NCBI GenBank assembly: GCA_026936335.1
Contig: JAPMXV010000053.1
Coordinates: forward strand, 248,001 to 312,000
Direction: 5' to 3'
Source of the DNA: Mantamonas sphyraenae STR306
Lineage: Eukaryota > Protista > CRuMs
DNA length: 64,000 nt
The notes under the pieces are model-generated. The model worked only from the letters and a program-made list of their open reading frames with translations. It ran no database searches and was not told the origin of the DNA. Made by a program: the position numbers and the translations under genes. Below, piece by piece: positions 47,103-59,022 of this stretch (position 1 is its first letter; the number at the start of each line of letters is the position of its first letter).

Positions 47103-50100
47103 TCACAGAGCCAGCTTGAAAGCAGCTTCTTGCTTCTGCAAGCGCACCTCCAGCTCCTCAATCTTTCCTTGCATCCTGCGGATGGTGGCATCCTTGGAAG
47201 CAACGGTGCTCTGCACTCGCGTGGTCAGATCTTCAAGGGTGTCGTCGTAGTCCTGTTTCTGGCGGTCAAGGCGACGGTCGGCATCGAGTTTGGCGCGGTC
47301 CAAGTTGCGCTTGGCTTCATGAAGCTGCTCTTCCAATTCCTGCTTCTCGTTCTCGAGCTGCAAGAGTTTGGCTTGGTGCTTGTGTACAAACTCTTGCTCG
47401 CCCTTACCCAGCTGCAGAGTCAGGCGGGAGTTGTCATTCTCGAGCTCCCGCACCCGCGATTCGGCCTTGGCCAGCTCTGCACGTTGGTAGTCCAGCTCCT
47501 CTTCACAGCTGCGCAGTTGTTTGCCTCTCTGCTGGTACTCTCTGTCCAGCTGGGTGTACTTTGCGCGGAACTGCGTCTCTGTGTTTGCCTCGTTCTTGCG
47601 AGCCTGCTGCACCTCCTCCTCCATTGCCACCACACGCTGCTTCCACTCCCGTTCCAAGTTGCGCTGCATCTCCAGTTGCTCTTCGTCCAGCTTGCGCACA
47701 ATCATGTCGATCTGCCTGTCGCGTTCTTGCTCCGCTTGCTTTCGCACCCGCTGTTCCAGCTCACGCAGCTCGTCTGCATGCTTGGCTTCCAATTGTGCCA
47801 CCTCCTGCTTCTTGGCTTCCTCCCACTCCACACGCGCCATGCGCACCTGGTCTTCCGAGCCAGCGCGTGCTGCACGCAGCTCCTGCTGATGCCTGTCCAA
47901 GGTGGCTTGCACCTGTGCGCTAAGATTGTTCTGCATGCTGTTCAGGTACGAGCTCGTCATTTCCTTTTGCCTCTGCAGCTCTTCGTTCATCATGCTCAAC
48001 ACACTCTGGTGCTCTGTACGCATGCGCTCCTGCGCCGCCTCGCTGTCCTGGCGTTCTTGAGCGAGCAGTTCGCTGATCTTTGCACGTTCCTTCTCCAGTG
48101 CCCCCTCCCGTTCCTGCTCCATGACCTTGCGCAGGCGTTTGACCTCCTCCTCGTGGCTTTCCTTGGCTGCAGCACGCAGTTCGTCCATCTCTGCCCTGTG
48201 CTGCATTTCCAGTTTCTCCACCTGCTTGCTGTGATTCTCCATCATGGCCTGGATCTGTGGCTCGAGGCCCTTGATGGTCAGTTCTTTGATTTCGGCTGTC
48301 TTCTTCTTTAGGAGCTTGTCCCTGCGGCTCTTTTCGCCCACCGTCAGTTTGTCCTTGAGCTGCCGCAGGGCGATTTCGTGCGATTCTTTCATCGTCTCGA
48401 TCCGAGTGCCGTACTGTGCCTCCAGGTTTTTGATATCCTCTGTGAGCGAGGCACACTTGGCTGCCAGCGTCTCTTTGTCCTTGAGCAGTTCGTTGATAAA
48501 GGCCACCTGGCGTGCAATGACTTCCTCCAACTGGCCCTTTTGCTTTTCCAGGGCCTGCTTTTCGTGGGCCTTGCACTTGCGCACCAAGGCGGCGCGTTTG
48601 CGCTTCTCCTTTGCCAGGGCCTCTTTGAGCATGGCGATGATCTTGTGCTGCTCCGCACTCTCCAGTTGCATGGACAAGATGCGCGCCTTGACGCCGTCGT
48701 ACACGGAATTGGTGCCCGACATGGTGCTGTCCACCGTGCGTGCTGTCGTCCAACCGCTCGTGGTGCTCATCCACTCGTCGCCCAGTTCCGCAGCAAACGA
48801 TCCCAAGGAACGCGTTGAACGAGCGGTGCCCGGCCGTGTGCCACCTTCTCCGGGACTGCTGCTGTCGACTGGAGGCTGTTGTTGCCTCTGCGATTGCTGC
48901 TTGTGTGTGGGTGGTCGTATGGCACTGATGTCCTGCAGGGTGACCTCTGCAAACGAACCGTCGTTGGCATAGTTTTCGGCCTGGTAATCGCGCGACGACG
49001 TCTCGGCCGCATCGAGAAAGTTGAGCAGATTGTACAACTTGTCCGGTGATTCCCCGTGCTGCTGGTTGGACGCTTTGATCCGGTCCACGTCCACGCGCAG
49101 CTGCGGGTTGCGTGGTGGACGTCCGGCTGCATTGTTTGGCGCTGGTGAACCGGTGCCGCTGTACTCGTCGTCCTCGACGTCGTCTTCGACATCATCCTGG
49201 TCGAATGTACGTTCATCGTCTTGACGTGTGCTGTGACGACTGTCCCGGCTGGTGTTGGTGGAACTGCGATCGAACAAACGCGACTGTGGCGACCGTGGCG
49301 AGTGTGGCGATCCAGGCTCTTCCAACAGCAGATTCTTGGCCTGTTTGAGCACGGGACTCTGCACCAGAGCCGCCGACGGTGCTTCTGACCCCTGGATGTG
49401 GTTGTCATCCTCCCCATCGTCGTCCGGGTTGTCTGTGCGTAGCTGCGCCCCCTCCCCGCCTGCCATGCGATGGGCTGTGTCCTGCTGATCCACTACCACC
49501 GGTTGTCTTTCTGCCTCATCCAGCTCGGCCTGGATTTGCGACTTGAGCTGATTGAGACGCTGCTCAAACTCCAGCCGTTGCTGGTGGAGGTGTGCGTTTG
49601 TGCGCGCCTGCTCGTCGATACGCTGCTGCTCACGTGCACTAAGAGGGGTTCGCGGCCGTGAAGACGTCGAACGAGCACCGGGAGACGATGGTTGATTCCA
49701 CCCTGTCCGTGCCTGGGCCAGAGGCGAGTCGCGTGCGTGTTGCCGCCTTCCGCTTGTCGATAGCGGCGAGCCCGTCTCGCCATCCACAGACACCGAGGAG
49801 CCATACGGACTGCCTGGTTCAGTGCTTGAGTGCCCACCCTCTGTGCTAATGCGCAACATGTCGCTGTCACTGCTACGTGGCGCCGTGGGGCGGGCCGCAG
49901 GTGTTGGCGACTTGAGCTGGGCGGCCAACGGCTGCGGCTGCTCCTGCGTCCCTGCCAGCACCGAGCGAAGATACGATGTGTCATACGCCTCTGCTTGGTA
50001 GTCATCGTCCCTGTCGTTGTCCTGCTGCTCTTCGGCCTGTGCCTGCGACGCGTCCTTGCGCTCCTCCTTGTTCGGCGAGCGTCCCATCAACTCCAGCGAG

Positions 50101-50216
50101 TCACGCACTCCGCCCCCGTCGCCTCCTCGTCGGCCCTCGGAGCTCTTGGGTGCAGCCACACGCTTGCTGCCACTGCGCGGAGGCCGTTTGCGCGTGATTG
50201 TCCCAGCGGATGACAT
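47103..50216 (-). CDS. CEP131: Centrosomal/centriolar-satellite protein CEP131 (AZI1)-like
   Basis: Disordered N-half followed by coiled coil with IARQVAFINELLKDKETLAAKC...EIKELTIKGLEPQIQ...ERDRQIDMIVRKL, matching the conserved CEP131 C-terminal region. Confidence 0.8.
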   Translation of the reverse strand: MSSAGTITRKRPPRSGSKRVAAPKSSEGRRGGDGGGVRDSLELMGRSPNKEERKDASQAQAEEQQDNDRDDDYQAEAYDTSYLRSVLAGTQEQPQPLAAQLKSPTPAARPTAPRSSDSDMLRISTEGGHSSTEPGSPYGSSVSVDGETGSPLSTSGRRQHARDSPLAQARTGWNQPSSPGARSTSSRPRTPLSAREQQRIDEQARTNAHLHQQRLEFEQRLNQLKSQIQAELDEAERQPVVVDQQDTAHRMAGGEGAQLRTDNPDDDGEDDNHIQGSEAPSAALVQSPVLKQAKNLLLEEPGSPHSPRSPQSRLFDRSSTNTSRDSRHSTRQDDERTFDQDDVEDDVEDDEYSGTGSPAPNNAAGRPPRNPQLRVDVDRIKASNQQHGESPDKLYNLLNFLDAAETSSRDYQAENYANDGSFAEVTLQDISAIRPPTHKQQSQRQQQPPVDSSSPGEGGTRPGTARSTRSLGSFAAELGDEWMSTTSGWTTARTVDSTMSGTNSVYDGVKARILSMQLESAEQHKIIAMLKEALAKEKRKRAALVRKCKAHEKQALEKQKGQLEEVIARQVAFINELLKDKETLAAKCASLTEDIKNLEAQYGTRIETMKESHEIALRQLKDKLTVGEKSRRDKLLKKKTAEIKELTIKGLEPQIQAMMENHSKQVEKLEMQHRAEMDELRAAAKESHEEEVKRLRKVMEQEREGALEKERAKISELLAQERQDSEAAQERMRTEHQSVLSMMNEELQRQKEMTSSYLNSMQNNLSAQVQATLDRHQQELRAARAGSEDQVRMARVEWEEAKKQEVAQLEAKHADELRELEQRVRKQAEQERDRQIDMIVRKLDEEQLEMQRNLEREWKQRVVAMEEEVQQARKNEANTETQFRAKYTQLDREYQQRGKQLRSCEEELDYQRAELAKAESRVRELENDNSRLTLQLGKGEQEFVHKHQAKLLQLENEKQELEEQLHEAKRNLDRAKLDADRRLDRQKQDYDDTLEDLTTRVQSTVASKDATIRRMQGKIEELEVRLQKQEAAFKLAL

Positions 50217-50977
50217 GCGGCCGTGCGTGTTTTCGATGTCTGCGCTTGCGCCCCAGTGCCCGCCATCTGCATCCACCCTGTTCCCCTTCCACCCCTCTTT
50301 CAGCACATTCTTTCATTACCATCTTTGTCAGGAGCCCAGTGCAATGTCCGCACTTCAGGAGGAGACCAGGAGACAAGGTCCGAAAGATTCACACTCGCGT
50401 GCCCCGTCTGGCTCTCACAGACGTCAACGACAACATTCCAGGGAGGTTTCGTGCGCATACTACACAGGGTGGTGCATTGGGTGCTCTTTCTCAGTTTTGT
50501 GCTCGGTGGGCTTGTCACGTGAACTGCTTGTGAAGAAAAACTCGTCACGCGCACTACGCACACACACACGCATGTACACACGCGTATGGTGGTCTGACGG
50601 CTGAGCTACTCAGCCGCAAGGTGTGGTGGCGTTCGATGGGACCGACGTTTGGTCGTGTCGGAGGAGAAAGAGGGCGGCCGGCCCTGCTCCATTTCGCAGC
50701 TCCGGCGCCGGAGGGCCCACCCCCGCGGATCAAGGAGGTCCGTTCCACATATGTAAGCAAAATTTCATTGCAAACCAACCAAGCTATCGAATTGGACGTG
50801 TCTGTGCCGTCATGCATGCGTGTCTTTGTCCGCGGCAGCTTTGTTTCCGTTTCGCGGACGATTTTTTGCGCAAAAAGCGCGCTGCACCGCACAAACGCCA
50901 CCGAACGCCGTTTTCCTGGTCCATGGTCGATTTCACCGACAGGATAGGTTGCCGGTGTCGCTGACGCAGTCGAACAT

Positions 50978-51988
50978 CTATGCGGAAGGGTCGTCGTTGC
51001 TGCTGCTGGAGGCACCGGACTGCTTGTTGAGTGGACTGCGTTTGTCGCACTCCTCCCACACTTGCTTCATGACGTCGAGGAAGCGAGGGACATCTGCTTC
51101 GAGGACCACAGTGCAGTTGGGCTCCCTTCCTGTGGTGCAGCGCAAATCGGTGACGGTCTGGCCAAAGGAGAGCTGCGAGCCCATTTCCACCTCCACGTTG
51201 ACGAAGCGTGAGCCGTAAATGTCCGGGTAGGCCACGTACATGACGGTGTTGCAGTCGTGCAGGGGTGGGTTGTCAAAGTCCTCCTGCAGCTTGTAGGCCA
51301 CCTTGAAAAACTCAAGGACGTCGGCGACCATGGTGCAAAACTCGGTGTTCTTGCCACGCAGCCAATCGAACGTCTCGTCCGTGACCAGCGTGGTGTGTGT
51401 CAGGTCGATGGGAACCATGGTTACAGGCACGCCGCTCTTGAGCACAATCGCCGCCGCCTCGGGGTCAATTTCAATGTTCCACTCTGCCACCGGGCCCGTG
51501 TTGCCTCCGGCCACAGCTCCGCCCATAAAGACGATTTCCTTGAGGTGCTCCTTGACCTCGGGGAATACAGAAAGCAGCAGGGCAGCGTTGGTCTGTGCTC
51601 CGGTCAGGACCAGTGTCACGGTGCCCTCCTTCTCCCCGAGGATCGCGTCGGCCATCACTTGAATGGCCTTGGCATCCAGTGCCTTGAGGTGGTTCACGCA
51701 ATCGGCTTCCAGTGCATCTGTGCCATCCAGGCCTGTCTCGCCATGGATCTCCTCGCACACGCGAGCCTCGCGCAGCAACGGCTGAGCTGCCCCGGCGACC
51801 ACAGGCACGTCATCTGCTCCGATGGCTGCCAAGGTGCGCAGGGCATTCCGTGTCACATTTTCCAGGCTATGGTTGCCTGCCACTGTGCTGATCCCCAGCA
51901 AGTTGATTTCTTCCGAAACCACGGCCAGCATGATGGCCATCACGTCGTCGTGACCCGGGTCGCAATCCAGCCAGATTGTTTTCGTCAT
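50978..51988 (-). CDS. Inosine/uridine-preferring nucleoside hydrolase
   Basis: WLDCDPGHDD, ISTVAGN, IHGETGL, TGAQTN, MGGA..GN..PVAEWNI..DPEAA, PLHD. Confidence 0.96.
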   Translation of the reverse strand: MTKTIWLDCDPGHDDVMAIMLAVVSEEINLLGISTVAGNHSLENVTRNALRTLAAIGADDVPVVAGAAQPLLREARVCEEIHGETGLDGTDALEADCVNHLKALDAKAIQVMADAILGEKEGTVTLVLTGAQTNAALLLSVFPEVKEHLKEIVFMGGAVAGGNTGPVAEWNIEIDPEAAAIVLKSGVPVTMVPIDLTHTTLVTDETFDWLRGKNTEFCTMVADVLEFFKVAYKLQEDFDNPPLHDCNTVMYVAYPDIYGSRFVNVEVEMGSQLSFGQTVTDLRCTTGREPNCTVVLEADVPRFLDVMKQVWEECDKRSPLNKQSGASSSSNDDPSA

Positions 51989-52161
51989 GTTTGGTGTTGG
52001 TGTGGGGTGTGGGTGCCAAACTTTGGGTGGGTGTGTCAACGGGGGGTTTCCGGTGTTGAAACTTTTCTTTTTTTGACTTGGCTGCCGCGGCGCAGCATCG
52101 TCGCGCCCATTTGATCAACAGCGAACTTTTTGCCATCAATTCTTCATTTTTACCCCGCGAA

Positions 52162-53597
52162 TCAATAGCTGAGCTCGACACCACCGTTGGTGGTCCTGAT
52201 GGTCACCTTGGACGAACCACCGCCGTTGACGTTGCCCGTGGTTGACTTGCCGTCCTGGCTCTTGTCGTTGACCTTGACGTTGCCGTTTGTGGTGGAGGCG
52301 TCATAGGAGCCCTTGAATGAGCTGTCAAAGGACACCTCGACCTTTCCGTTGGTGGTGGAGACTTGTCCGTCGGGAATGGAACCGCCGTTGCGCACGGCCA
52401 GCTTGGTGATCTCGACGGCGCCGTTGGTGCTGTGCACGGTAAATGTGTTGCGCGTGGCCAAGCTGTTGAGTTCCACCTTGCCGTTGGTGGTCATGGCCTT
52501 GAAGCTGTCGCTGGCGCAGTTGTCCAGTTCGACCTTGCCATTGGACGTCTGCAAGTCGATGGTGCCGTTGATGATGGCCTTGGTCACCTCCAGCTGCCCA
52601 TTCGTGCTGTCCACTTCCAGTGAGGAGGCGCGGAGACCGTCGATGATCTTGATGGCTGCGTTCTGTGTCTTGAAGCTGACCTTGCCAAACGGGTGGTTGG
52701 TGGCTGCAAGGTTCTCGGTGGCAATGACCGCATTCTCGCCCTGGATGTCCAGGTTGAAGCCGTTGGCCACATTCATGGGCAGGGTGATGTTGACCTTGGT
52801 GTGCGGGCAAGCCTCCCAGCTCCAGCCCTTGGTGTTGGCGATGGTTGCCGAGACCAGACCTGCGCCGTCCACATTGAAGCTGGTGGTCCAGTCGTCCAGG
52901 TGGTCCTGGTTCGAATAGAAGGTGACAGTGATGGTGGCGTTGACGGCGGTGCTGCTGGCGTTTACGAAAACCAGGCCAGGCATGCCCTTCTCGAGGAAGC
53001 TGATGCCCGTTGTGTTGGTGGCATCGAATTGGAATTGGGATGTTTTGGAAAATGCAGGGTTGGCGCACTGTTCGGCAATCACAGCCGCGGCGATCTGTGG
53101 ATTGGTTTCCGGATGGTAGGGCGACGGTGGGACGCGTGTGAGCCGAGGGAGCCCCGGTGGGAAATCGAAGTAAAGGGCGTGGCGCGGAGGCAGCCCACAC
53201 AGGGACGTACACCGATGGCAATGCCCACAAGGAGCAGGCAGCAGCAGCAGATGGCAAAGGACCAGCAGCAGCAGCGGTTGCGAGGGCTCTTTTGTGCAAA
53301 TTCTGTGGTGGGAAGGCGCAAAGGGTCAGCTGCGGTTTTGTGGACGGTGGGAATGTGTGACAAGCACGTACGTTGGACGCCCACCACGGTGTAGATGGGT
53401 TGAGGAGGCTGACTCTGCACCAGCGGCATGTTGGGGTTGTCGCCACGCACAGGCTCGGCCATGACATGCACTGCATGTGTTTCAGCGGTTCCATGAGCGA
53501 CCGCCCTCACCGGCTGACCAGAGTAGGATTTGGGTCCAGCTTTTCCAGCCTCCATGGCTGGATACAGGTTGCTTGATTGTTGGTAGGACGTGCTCAT
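52162..53597 (-). CDS. Type II membrane protein with Cys-rich TM region and DUF4097 (adhesin-like beta-solenoid) ectodomain, paralogue 1 (three exons)
   Basis: RNRCCCWSFAICCCCLLLVGIAIG|IAAAVIA, then repeated (T/S)(T/S)NGx(V/I) units ending TTNGGVEL. Confidence 0.85.
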
Positions 53598-53932
53598 TGT
53601 GTACAGTGGAAATCAGCAAAGCGATCAGATTGAATCGAGTTGTTGTTGGTTGGGTCAGTGCGGGCATGGGCGCACGCCTTGCTTTTCAATGGGGCTGGGC
53701 CATGGGAAGTCTCACGGCCTTTGCCGCCGCCTTCCCACCGCCGGGATCGGCTCACATCACACCGTCGATGCTTTCCATTCCATGGTGTGTGCATTGGATG
53801 AACACTGGACGTGAGCAAGGGATGTGAAATGGCTTGAATGCAGTGAGGGAGAGGGAGAGAGAGGCGCTTTTGTTTCAGGTTGAGCGCTCCACACACACAC
53901 TGTTCCCACGGCACTGTGCTCGCTGCACAAGC

Positions 53933-55391
53933 TCAGAACTCGATATCAACGCCACCGTTGGTGGTCATGACGGTGACCTTGGAGCCTCCGCCACCGTTGA
54001 TGTCGCCTGTGGCACTCTTGCCGTTCTGGTCCTTCTTGTTCACCTGGATGTTGCCGTTGGTGGTCGACACGCTGTAGGAGCCCTTGAACGACTTGTCAAA
54101 GCCGATTTCCACGTTGCCGTTGACTGCAGTCACCTTGCCGTCGGGGATGGCCCCGCCGTTGCGCACGGCGAGCTTGGTCACAGTGATGCCGCCGTTTGTG
54201 GTGGACAGGGACATGACACCGGTGACACTGGCCTTGTTCACATCCACCTGGCCGTTGTCAGTGGTCACCGTGAGGCCGTTTGCAGCGCCTTCGGTGATGT
54301 TGACGGCGCCGTTGGTGGTGGTTGCCGTCATGGTTGTGTTGGACTGGGCCTTGTTCAGCATCAACTGGCCGTTGTCGCTCTTTACGGTGATCCTGGAGGC
54401 ACGCACGCCGTCGACGACGTACACAGCACCGTTGGTGGACTCGACGTCCAGCACACCCAGCTCCTGCTGGATGGCCATCAGGCCCTTCAACTCCAGGGAC
54501 ATCGACGCCGCCTTGATGGTGATGCCAAAGCCACGCATGACCGACGCCGGCACAGTGATGTTGATCTGTGCGTGAGGGCACTCGTCCCACGTGAACGCCT
54601 TGGAGCCAGTGAGTGCCGCTTGGACCTTTCCATCGCTACCCTGGCTCAGGGTGGTCTTCCATGCGCTCAGCGTGTCCTTGTTCGACATCAACTTGACCGA
54701 CACCGAGCCGTTCACGACATCGGCGCCACTCATGATGCGGATGGTGCCTGGCAGGCCGTTGGCCTCAAAGGACAGACCCGTGGTGTTCACGGCCCCATAG
54801 TCCATCGTCTTGATGGTGGAAAACTTGGGATGCAGGCATTCGTTTGCAATGACAGCGGCAGCAATCTGCAAACGCACACAACCGAAAATGAAAGCAAGGG
54901 GGCGTCAGCGTCCGTGGGAATGTTGACACGACTTTGCACGGCGGAGGTCTACTGCAGAGAGCTACTTTGGCCTGTGCACACATCGCAACAGCTTAACCTA
55001 CACCAATGGCAATGCCGACGATAATCAGCGTGATGCAAACACAGCAGCAGGAAATGCAGCAGCAGCGATTGCGCGGCGAACGCTGCACAAATTCTGTGCG
55101 ATGGGAACGGCGCTGCGTGTCAGTGGGAAATGCAGCCGGGGCCTCACAAAAAGGGGTGTTGCGGGGGGGGGGAGGAAGAATGCACGCACCCTGAACGCCG
55201 GCAGCAGTATACAGCGGCTGGCCGTTGTTCAGCAGCTGAGCCTTGTCGGTGCCGTTCTCGTCAGCTGCGCGGTACGCGGCGGTGCTGCTGCTGTTGGTGC
55301 TGCGGTCCTGACGCCGTGCAGACGACGCCGATGAGTTGTTGTTGTTGGACATGTCAGGGTACAGCCTGTCGTTGCGAGAATACGTCGACAT
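53933..55391 (-). CDS. Type II membrane protein with DUF4097 ectodomain, paralogue 2 (three exons)
   Basis: Same two intron positions; RNRCCCISCCCVCITLIIVGIAIG|IAAAVIA; TTNG repeats. Confidence 0.85.
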
Positions 55392-55482
55392 TGAGAGTTC
55401 ACTTCGTTTCCGTGCCTACCCTCTCGCATCTTCTGTCCCAACCTGTCACGTCACTGAACAACCCCTCAATCTCCGAAGCGCA

Positions 55483-58375
55483 CTATGTCTGGTGTGTGCG
55501 ATCACCTGCGAAACGGGCCTGGAAGCGTGACCAGACGGCCGGTGTGACGAGGGCAAGGACGACAATGTGCACGGTACGCACAAGGGTGCCCAGGTAGACA
55601 ACGGCCGCCAGAAGAGCAAGCACCTGGAAGGAAATACGCACATTGGTCCAGCCCAGTGGCACGCCGATTTCGCTAAACATTCGCTCCAGGATCTGGATGT
55701 CAGCCTGAACGCGAAGGAGATCCTCCACGTGTTGCTCAATGCCAGCCGGGGCCACGTAGGCATCGGCGCCGTTGAGAGAACGTGACGTGATGGACGATGG
55801 CAACGTTTGCAGGGGTACACGAGCACCCAGCCCTGTCCTGCGGTGTGTGTGTGCAGTGTGATGCGAGGTCTGTGGCTGTGTTTTGCCCGTGTCGAGCACA
55901 CGCAGCAGCTTGCGCAGGCCAACCACACACATGCCAATAAAGAGGAGACTGGCAAACACGCTAATAACTGACACATACTGCAGGAGGGCATCCACAAAGT
56001 AGATGGCTATCAACAGCAGCAACAAAAGCTCGAGGCGATCGTACAGCACGGCATGCAGCACAGGTCGCACCTGCATGGCCATCCCACGCAACTGGTTGTA
56101 CCTGTGCACCAGTCGTCCTTGAAGGATGTGCATATCTCGGTATGCTGCTGCGTTGGTCCCGTCCATGGCCGGCTCAACACCCAGTGGTTCCACTTCGCTT
56201 CCGTCCGCGTCTGTCTCTCCGTCTGACGACATCATCCTGTCCAACGAGCGCCTGTGTTCCATCCGCAACGAATTCCTCACCGTCTCCACCTCCTCTGCGT
56301 GCTCTGTGTCTTCGTCCTCTTCCGCATGGGCTGCAAGTGCACTCGAGCGACGGCTATTCCTGTGCCCATGGCCGTACGCGTCACCTGTTGGACGCGAGAG
56401 CCTGCGAGACGCACCCCCACTGGGTGCAGACGTACCTCTGCTTCCCGGCAACGAGCCGTGAGACCGTGTGGCGCGCAAGCCACCGCCTGTCTGCACGGTT
56501 GCGGTTCGGTTGACCACGAGAGTGTCGTCTGCAGTTGTGGCACTGTTGGTTGTGCTGGTTTGAACCACGTCGCCGCTGTCTGTACTTGCGTTGCTGCGGC
56601 TGGAAGCACCGCTGGCTGTGCGTGTGCGCGAGTCGTTTGTGGTCAGCTTTCCGAAATCGCCCATGGGCGACTGCGGGAACGCAGCCCAATCAAACTCGGC
56701 TTCTTCCTGTCGCAACTGGTCGCGTAGGTCGTGGATGATGCGCTTTCCCGATTCGCCGACCTCATGCAACAACGAGTTGGACCGGCTTGAGCTGCCCCCC
56801 GTGGTCAAGGTTGACCTGCGAAACAGGATGTTGCTGCTGTTGGTACCTCCTCCCCCTCCTCCTCCTCCTGCAAGCACTACCCCGGGTTCGCTTGCCTCGC
56901 TGCGCCTGTCCCACGCATCCATTGCTCGCTCCGACCCTCGGCTAGCATCACGCTCCCGCTCGCCACGATGCGCCCCTTCCAGCGCCTCTGGTCCACTCTG
57001 GCTGCCGTGCGATCCGCCGCCAATGCCCAAGGAGATTCTCGGCCTGGATTTCTTGCGCATCAGCTTTGCAAACAGCAGCTGGTTGCCAACCTCTAGTCGT
57101 TCCGTCGAACTGTCCGCACGCAGCAGACGGTTGCACCACTCGCACCACTTGTCCCTGTCCTTGATCACAGAAAACACAAGCTTCTGGCCCGGCTCCCATC
57201 CATTCTCTTCCAGCTCCTCGGGCGACAGCTCCACGTCGGAGCGCATCGACACCTGGATCCCGTTTCCGCTCTGAACGGCCCCCGTGTGGTCGTGTCCGCG
57301 CAATTCACATGTTGTGTGTTAGTCTCTGATGCTCTTCTGGCCATTGTGCTGGAGAATGTGGTCGTGCACGCCTCTGTGTGCCACGACGCCGACTCACCTC
57401 AAAAAGCCCCAGCGAAACGGGCTTGATTTCTCGGATGTATGCAAAGTGTAGCCTGCGCACGCCACCTGTAAAGTGGTGCAAGAATCCTCTGTGGCGGTAG
57501 GGAGGGTGAGATGTGTGAGATGTCGCTCGCATCTGTGCTACGTCGCCTTTCCGTTTGAGGACCACTCACCCGTCGAAAAAGATTTGGCGATTGGTGAGGT
57601 ACAGGACACCCGAGCGGCCCATAGCAATGGCCCTCTGGAAGCCGTCCTTGCGGAATTCTGTGTGGTCCGCCGCGCTGTGGGCAGGTGTGCGTGTGGGCGC
57701 CGTGTGAGCGTTGGGAAACTGGCGTCGGAAAGTTCCAGGGCTGCGCTTGGCATTGGCCATTCGCAAAACCCTGCTGCTGTTCACTCACCTGTTGGACTTG
57801 ATCAGCAGTTCCGTGCGCGTGTCAATCTGTGGGTTCTGGCGCAGAAACGCTTTGGCTCTGGCTGTGTGATGATGTGTGCGCACCATGTCGTTGAGCTCCT
57901 GTTCGTCGGCTTGGCCGGCAAACGCCGTCTCCTCGGAAGCAAGCGAAAACGTCGACGTTGTCGTATACTCTGACAACGACGACAATGCTGGCGATGGTTC
58001 TTGCAAGTGGCTTGGCCCTTGTGGCTTGCGCAGCCAGCCAGGCTGGCTACCCGTCGCATCCTGGACAGCGTCTGCGGCCGGTGCCTTTCTGTACACGTAT
58101 TCGTCGGCATCGTCCCCATCGTCGTCGTCTTCATCATACAGTCCATCGTCATCTGCGACCTCGCCGTCGTCGTCCTCGTCATCCATGCTGTTGTCGTACG
58201 CCTGCGTTTCGGCAATCCAAGCCGAAAGCCGAGCCTGCATCGCCTCTTCGTCTTCCGAGGACACGCGGCCCGTGCGCCTCCGCTCCAGTTCCTGCGCCTG
58301 AAATTGGGTCTCCAGATGCAATAACATCTCCATTTCGTCCTCCGATTGAACCTTGAGCCGCCTTCGCTTGCTCAT
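55483..58375 (-). CDS. GRAM/PH-like domain protein with C-terminal MCTP/reticulon-like membrane region (about four exons)
   Basis: GVLYLTNRQIFF...IREIKP...NGIQV...LVFSVIKDRD across exons; two long hydrophobic hairpins, the second preceded by LGWTN. Confidence 0.6.
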
Positions 58376-58425
58376 CTCCCCGACTTTGGCTGCGTCTGCG
58401 CCGGCAACGCTTCCTCCCCACAACC

Positions 58426-58979
58426 ATGAGCTCGTCTACCAGCGACCGAATCATCCTCAACGCGGAGCAAAAGGCAGAGCTCGATGAACGCAAGGTAAGG
58501 GTTGAGTTTCCACTGCGAGGCATGCATGGCTGGTGAGCGCGACGAGTGTGTGGTGTGTGGAGGCATCTGGGTCAGCCTCCCATCACCTGCGTCTGCCGAG
58601 TCTGTGTGTGTGTGTGCCCGACTCTTGTTGCCATTGCTGGGCCACAGCACACGTGTGGACGTGGTGGTCGATCAAGCGGGTGATCCACGCACTGCAGTGG
58701 GCCTGTGGCTCCTCCAGAAGCTGACTCGGAAAGGGTGTGTTGCTCAACGGCCACCGCCGCGCCAAACGGTGTCTGGGGATTGTGCCTGCACAGGGGGAGC
58801 TGAAGCAACAGCACCAAACATACATTGAGCAGCATCCAGAGGTGGGCGAGATGATGAGTGACTTTCTTAGCGAGGTGCTCCTGCACAAGCCCGACGACGT
58901 GTTTGACTTTGCCCGGGACTACTTTGGCGAACTCGTGATCCGAGGTGACGACGCAGGCAAGACCAAGACAGCCCAGTAG
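58426..58979 (+). CDS. Small RIIa-type dimerisation/docking domain protein (RIIAD1-like), two exons
   Basis: LNAEQKAELDERK|GELKQQHQTYIEQHPEV..MMSDFL.EVLLHKPDDVFDFARDYF. Confidence 0.8.
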
Positions 58980-59022
58980 GGGGTGCTTAACGAATTACAC
59001 ACTTGTACATTTCCTCGTTCGC

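Noticed and set aside
50670-50715. SRP RNA helix-8-like GAAATGGAGCAGG on the minus strand
   Set aside because: The complementary CAGG side of the conserved internal loop and an Alu domain are not evident.
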